From the NCBI RefSeq assembly GCF_000306885.1, contig NC_018267.1:660001-692000 (forward strand): DNA of 32,000 bases, in the 5' to 3' direction. Position 1 is the stretch's first letter. Each line of letters opens with the position of its first letter. A program made the position numbers and the translations under genes. This document shows positions 27,366-32,000 of the stretch, one piece after another. The notes under the pieces were generated by a model. The model worked only from the letters and a program-made list of their open reading frames with translations. It was not told the origin of the DNA and did not search any database. Source of the stretch: Wolbachia endosymbiont of Onchocerca ochengi. GTDB taxonomy: Bacteria; Pseudomonadota; Alphaproteobacteria; Rickettsiales; Anaplasmataceae.

Positions 27366-28628
27366 TTATTTTTTAACTTTATTTACTATAATCTTAATAT
27401 GACGTTTCCTTCCTGCGGATAGTTTAATGAATGACTGACTTTTGAAGTTTTCAGAATTTATCATATAGTTAATATCATTAATAGTATGGTCATTAATTTT
27501 GCATCCATTGCCCTGTATTAAACGCTTTGCAGCACCTTTTGAAGGTTCAAGACTGGTGTTGTTCAGTAGATCTACTAAGGATATGCCATTTGCAACCTGT
27601 TCTTTTGTTATGGTATATTCAGAAAGTAGTGAACTGTTTCCATTTTCAAAGGCAGAGACTGAAGCATATTGTGCAAGTTCTGCTTCTTTTTCACCATGGC
27701 ATATTTTTACAGCTTCCGTTGCCAAAACTTTTTTTGCTTCGTTTATTTCCTTACCCTTCAAAGATTCTAATTTTTTAATCTCATCAATTGGTATATCAGT
27801 GAGCAATCTCAAAAAACGTCCTATATCTTGATCATCAACATTGCGAAAATATTGCCAATAGTCATAAGGTTTTAGCATATTATCATCAAGCCATACTGCT
27901 CCACTTTTTGTTTTGCCCATTTTTACTCCTTGAGAATTTAGTAGAAGAGGAGTGGTAAGACCAAACAACTCAGGTAGGTTTAATTTTTTGCCAAGTTCAA
28001 TTCCATTTACTATATTTCCCCACTGATCCGATCCCCCAATCTGCAGACGACAGTTGTATTTTTTATTCAATTCAACAAAATCATAGGCTTGCAGTAGCAT
28101 GTAATTAAACTCTGAAAAACTTAGATTTTGCTCTTTATCAAGCCTAATTCTTATACTGTCAAAATTTAGCATACGATTTACAGAAAAATATGCTCCTATG
28201 TCACATAAAAAGTCTATGTACTTTATGCTATCTAACCAATCTGCGTTATTTACGATCACTGCACCAGTCTTGCTGTCGTTAAAAGACACCATTTTTTCTA
28301 ATATCTTTCTTATATCAGATGTATTTTGCTTAATGTTCTCTATGGGTAAGATGCTTCTCTTCTTGTCTTTAAAAGATGGATCGCCAATTTTTGTTGTGCC
28401 ACCCCCAAGCAAAATTATCGGCTTATAACTAAATTTTTGTAAGTGACGCAGCATCATAACTTGAATTAGATGACCAACATGTAAACTAGGTGCTGTGCAA
28501 TCAAACCCAATATATGCGACTATGTAATTATTCTGCGATAATAGTTGATCTAACCCTTCAATGTTTGTACATTGGTATAAATATCCTCTCTCTCGGATAA
28601 AATCTAAGAATTCTGATTTGTGCTCCAT
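27366..28628 (-). CDS. tyrS: Tyrosine--tRNA ligase
   Basis: 420 aa. HVGHL (HIGH) and KMGKT (KMSKS) signatures, with a C-terminal S4-like domain. Confidence 0.92.
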   Translation of the reverse strand: MEHKSEFLDFIRERGYLYQCTNIEGLDQLLSQNNYIVAYIGFDCTAPSLHVGHLIQVMMLRHLQKFSYKPIILLGGGTTKIGDPSFKDKKRSILPIENIKQNTSDIRKILEKMVSFNDSKTGAVIVNNADWLDSIKYIDFLCDIGAYFSVNRMLNFDSIRIRLDKEQNLSFSEFNYMLLQAYDFVELNKKYNCRLQIGGSDQWGNIVNGIELGKKLNLPELFGLTTPLLLNSQGVKMGKTKSGAVWLDDNMLKPYDYWQYFRNVDDQDIGRFLRLLTDIPIDEIKKLESLKGKEINEAKKVLATEAVKICHGEKEAELAQYASVSAFENGNSSLLSEYTITKEQVANGISLVDLLNNTSLEPSKGAAKRLIQGNGCKINDHTINDINYMINSENFKSQSFIKLSAGRKRHIKIIVNKVKK

Positions 28629-28696
28629 AATTTTCCTAGTGTACTATTCTTTATATGTGAACATTATTATTAGAGTCATTGATAATGGTGTCATCC

Positions 28697-28735
28697 CAAT
28701 ATGTGATGCTAAAATCCAGTTTCTCATACAATTTT
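28697..28735 (+). repeat. Decayed copy of the palindromic repeat hairpin
   Basis: atcccaa(28703-28709)-tatgtgatg-ctaaaat(28719-28725)-cc has the same 7+9+7 geometry as atcccag-tacttaact-ctgggat-cc in purL (2711-2735). Four G-to-A differences abolish the stem. Confidence 0.5.
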
Positions 28736-28879
28736 ATCAAAAAAGTTATATAATATGTTCATCTATAACTAAGCTTTCTGTATCAAGGCGCTGAGGTGAC
28801 AAACTCTCTTCTTGGGGAGTTAACCGTAAAGATACTATACTTATATAGTTGTACATTAACTACTTAGATGCTTACTCAA

Positions 28880-29209
28880 TTAATTCCATAACTCTTCTAT
28901 TTTATAGTATTCTCTTACTTCTGGCTTGAATATATGAACCATTATATCTTGAAAATTTACAACTACCCAATTACCTTTATTCATACCTTCTACGTCTATT
29001 TTATCATGTGGTTTGAGGCTTCTTATTATGTGCTCAGCTAATGCTTTAACGTGGTAGTTTGAGTTTCCAGATGCAATAATCATATATTTTGCAATAACAG
29101 TTTTATTTTGTACATTAAGAGTAGTTATATCATGACCTTTATTCTGACTTATGACACTTACAATTGTATTCTTTATTGATTCTGTATCACTGGATATACT
29201 ATTATTCAT
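28880..29209 (-). CDS. rsfS: Ribosome silencing factor RsfS (iojap family)
   Basis: 109 aa. Size and pattern (DITTLNV...AKYMIIASGNSNYHVKALAEHI...EGMNKGNWVVVNFQDIMVHIF.PEVREYY.IEELW) are typical of RsfS. Confidence 0.85.
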   Translation of the reverse strand: MNNSISSDTESIKNTIVSVISQNKGHDITTLNVQNKTVIAKYMIIASGNSNYHVKALAEHIIRSLKPHDKIDVEGMNKGNWVVVNFQDIMVHIFKPEVREYYKIEELWN

Positions 29210-29240
29210 TATATTATTTATCTACCTCAAAATTATATAT

Positions 29241-29567
29241 TTACCTACGATAATACACTAAAATTCCTAAAAATGAACTATTTTGATGTAATAGTATATA
29301 CAATACATATACTTTTATATATATTATAAAGGTAGTTTCTCTAACATTGTGTTTATTATAAGCTAGGCTCTTATTTAATTGGCTTTTCAGTAGTGATAAG
29401 CTTACTATAAAAGAACTGTGTAAGATTACTGATTCAGCGATATTATGTAATAACTCGTCTAATAACATTGAATTTGAGATTGCTAAATTACTAAGTGTTG
29501 AAGTTTTTGATAACTTATGGTAAATTTTTACAGCTGAAGAAGATATATTAGTGATACTGTTGAAATA
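29241..29567 (-). pseudogene. nadD: nadD (nicotinate-nucleotide adenylyltransferase) C-terminal relic
   Basis: The 75-aa ORF-track product contains VSLSLLKSQLNKSLAYNKHNVRETTFIIYIKVYVLY. This aligns with the E. coli NadD C-terminus [34 protein letters not shown] (S, R/K, L, YI and LY coincide, with one 2-aa indel). It sits directly upstream of rsfS, the conserved nadD-rsfS order. The frame is open only to 29567 and no N-terminal GG.FDP.H.GH motif is present. Confidence 0.5.
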
Positions 29568-29955
29568 TCATATAAAACCAAAGTACTATATATATTTGTA
29601 AATGAGCTGATAGATGCTGATTCCCCTATAGCCAGAAAATATACAGCTTAATGGTAAATTTAGGTAGAAATGGGTATAGAAATTTTTTCTGTAGTATTAC
29701 ATCGCAGTAATAAAGGACTAATAAAGTGTGTTGAACTAAAAGAGGAGTATAAGGTAAATAAAATCATTGGGTTCAGGTTTTGCTATAAAAATGATTAAAG
29801 AAAAAAGGTTATTTATGCCTGAAGGTTCACTTAAAATTGATAATTCGAATTTGAGTGCAAAGGAAGTTTTAAAAAGAATTATTGAAAAATTTAATAATAT
29901 AACTAAGTTAGTTAAGATTATAATAAATTATTTAATAAAGCATACTCGTGATTAA
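29538..29955 (+). pseudogene. P-loop kinase relic (coaE- or cmk-like), frameshifted and shortened
   Basis: Frame 3 reads RRYISDTVEISYKTKVLYIFVNELIDADSPIARKYTA*. This looks like a degraded P-loop (cf. IDGPA.SGKsT or GLTGGIGSGKST) followed by an IDAD.IAR-like block. Frame 1 (the 62-aa ORF) ends PEGSLKIDNSNLSAKEVLKRIIEKF, cf. the kinase C-terminal pattern aD.viDns.ls.eev...i. Only about 420 bp remain where about 600 are expected. Confidence 0.35.
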
Positions 29956-30433
29956 GCAGAAAGATAGGTATCGTTCTTGTGTTGGTATAATGCTATTGAA
30001 TAAACAAGGGCACGTTTTTGTCGGAAAACGCTTTGAAAGTGACTTTTACTGGCAGATGCCACAAGGAGGGATTAATGATGGTGAAGAGTTAGAGCAGGCA
30101 GCATTGCGTGAGTTGCTAGAAGAGGTTGGTACTGATAAAGTAAAGATTGTAGCTAAAAATAAGGGTTGGATATATTATAATTTGCCTGAGAAATTCATAC
30201 CAATTTGTTGGGACGGAAGATATTTCGGTCAAAAGCAAAAATGGTTTTTAATGAAATTTTATGGAGAAGATAAGGATATTAATATTAACTATACTGATCA
30301 TTCAGAGTTTAAAGAGTGGTATTGGCAAAATGTGGATGATTTAGTAGCCAATGTTATACCTTTTAAAAAAGAAGTTTATAAAACTGTAATAGAAGAGTTT
30401 TCTTTTCAAATAAAAATCCCTATTATTGAGTAA
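29948..30433 (+). CDS. rppH: RNA pyrophosphohydrolase / Nudix hydrolase (RppH, InvA-like)
   Basis: 161 aa with a GTG start. YRSCVGIML, WQMPQGG, Nudix box GGINDGEELEQAALRELLEEVG. Confidence 0.88.
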   Translation: MIKQKDRYRSCVGIMLLNKQGHVFVGKRFESDFYWQMPQGGINDGEELEQAALRELLEEVGTDKVKIVAKNKGWIYYNLPEKFIPICWDGRYFGQKQKWFLMKFYGEDKDININYTDHSEFKEWYWQNVDDLVANVIPFKKEVYKTVIEEFSFQIKIPIIE

Positions 30434-30448
30434 CATTTATATGCACTC

Positions 30449-31240
30449 GTGATAATAGATTCTCATTGCCATTTGATTTATTTCCAAGATAATGAAATAC
30501 CAAAAGTGATTTCAAGGGCAAAGCAAAGTGGTGTAAAAATTTTACATAACATATGTACCAGCATTGATGATATTCCTAAACTACTAAAAATTTCCTTATC
30601 CTATAATCAGATTTACTCCTCTGTTGGTGTACATCCGCTTGATGCTACTGTAGGGAACGGCGAATTTATACATGTTGATGAATTAGTTGAATTTGCTAAG
30701 AATCAAAAGATAATTAGCATCGGTGAAACTGGGTTAGATTTTTATGAGCTTGATAATAAAAATAATCAGAGAAAAAGCTTTGCATCGCACATAGAGGCGG
30801 CAAGGATAACAGGGTTACCTTTAGTTATTCATACTAGAAATGCTGATTGTGAGATGATTGATATGTTAAAATCAGAAATGAAAATTGGTGCTTTTAGTGG
30901 AGTAGTGCACTGTTTTGCTTCCTCTAAGGAGCTTGCTTACCAAGCTATGGATTTGGGATTGTACATTTCATTTTCTGGAATTATTACTTTTAAAAGTGCT
31001 AATTCACTCAGAAAAATTGCACAAAATGTGCTACGTGGACTTGTTTTAGTTGAAACTGATGCTCCATATTTGTCACCTGAGCCTTATAGAGGGAAAAAAA
31101 ATGAGCCAGCAATGATAAAATATATTATAAATTGTCTAGCGGAGTTATGGAATGAATCACCTAATAAAGTAGCAGAAATAACTACAAATAACTTTTCTAG
31201 GCTGTTTGTGAAACTTAACCCTGAGAAGAAAAATCTATAA
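30449..31240 (+). CDS. tatD: TatD-family metal-dependent DNase/hydrolase
   Basis: 263 aa. IDSHCHL, GVHP, IGETGLDFY, VIHTRNA, VHCF, VETDAPYLSP. Confidence 0.88.
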   Translation: MIIDSHCHLIYFQDNEIPKVISRAKQSGVKILHNICTSIDDIPKLLKISLSYNQIYSSVGVHPLDATVGNGEFIHVDELVEFAKNQKIISIGETGLDFYELDNKNNQRKSFASHIEAARITGLPLVIHTRNADCEMIDMLKSEMKIGAFSGVVHCFASSKELAYQAMDLGLYISFSGIITFKSANSLRKIAQNVLRGLVLVETDAPYLSPEPYRGKKNEPAMIKYIINCLAELWNESPNKVAEITTNNFSRLFVKLNPEKKNL

Positions 31241-31253
31241 ATTATTGATCTGC

Positions 31254-32000
<747 letters not shown>

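Noticed and set aside
28561-28794. 77-aa plus-strand ORF spanning the tyrS start and the tyrS-rsfS spacer.
   Set aside because: Its first third is antisense to tyrS and the rest runs through the decayed palindromic repeat (28697-28735). There is no motif and the composition is implausible.
29241-29468. 75-aa ORF as a novel small protein.
   Set aside because: It is reinterpreted as the C-terminal remnant of nadD (see features). Its isoleucine/leucine/tyrosine-rich tail is the decayed YI..LY end of NadD.

Overview
This AT-rich window reads as the chromosome of a reduced-genome Wolbachia (Anaplasmataceae). The ORF at 14844-15554 is a Wolbachia-surface-protein (wsp) type porin, and the rest is Rickettsiales-style housekeeping. 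I support 22 intact-looking CDS: a metallophosphoesterase fragment, purL, an addB-like gene, purF, an Nfu-type Fe-S protein, hisS, an IalB-like protein, rpoH, wsp, ybaB, dnaX, GST, an O-methyltransferase, a 92-aa orphan, dsbA, folC, lysC, tyrS, rsfS, rppH, tatD and mdh. An SRP RNA (ffs) lies upstream of dnaX, which the ORF track cannot show. Summing the gaps between accepted ORFs gives about 9.8 kb (~31%) with no intact ORF. Most of that can be read as gene wreckage: an ankyrin-repeat gene, a CbpA/DnaJ-like gene, two IS5-family transposase relics, a nadD relic, a P-loop kinase relic, a possible accD relic, and a ratA/COQ10-like gene split at an A11 tract. The most unusual signal is a small bipartite palindromic repeat family. 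It occurs three times in frame inside essential genes (purL once, addB twice) and three times in intergenic DNA at different stages of decay. I found no coherent, intact multi-gene accessory or defence system, and 25644-26600 remains unexplained. All family assignments rest on motifs read by eye and on recalled consensus sequences; no database search was possible.
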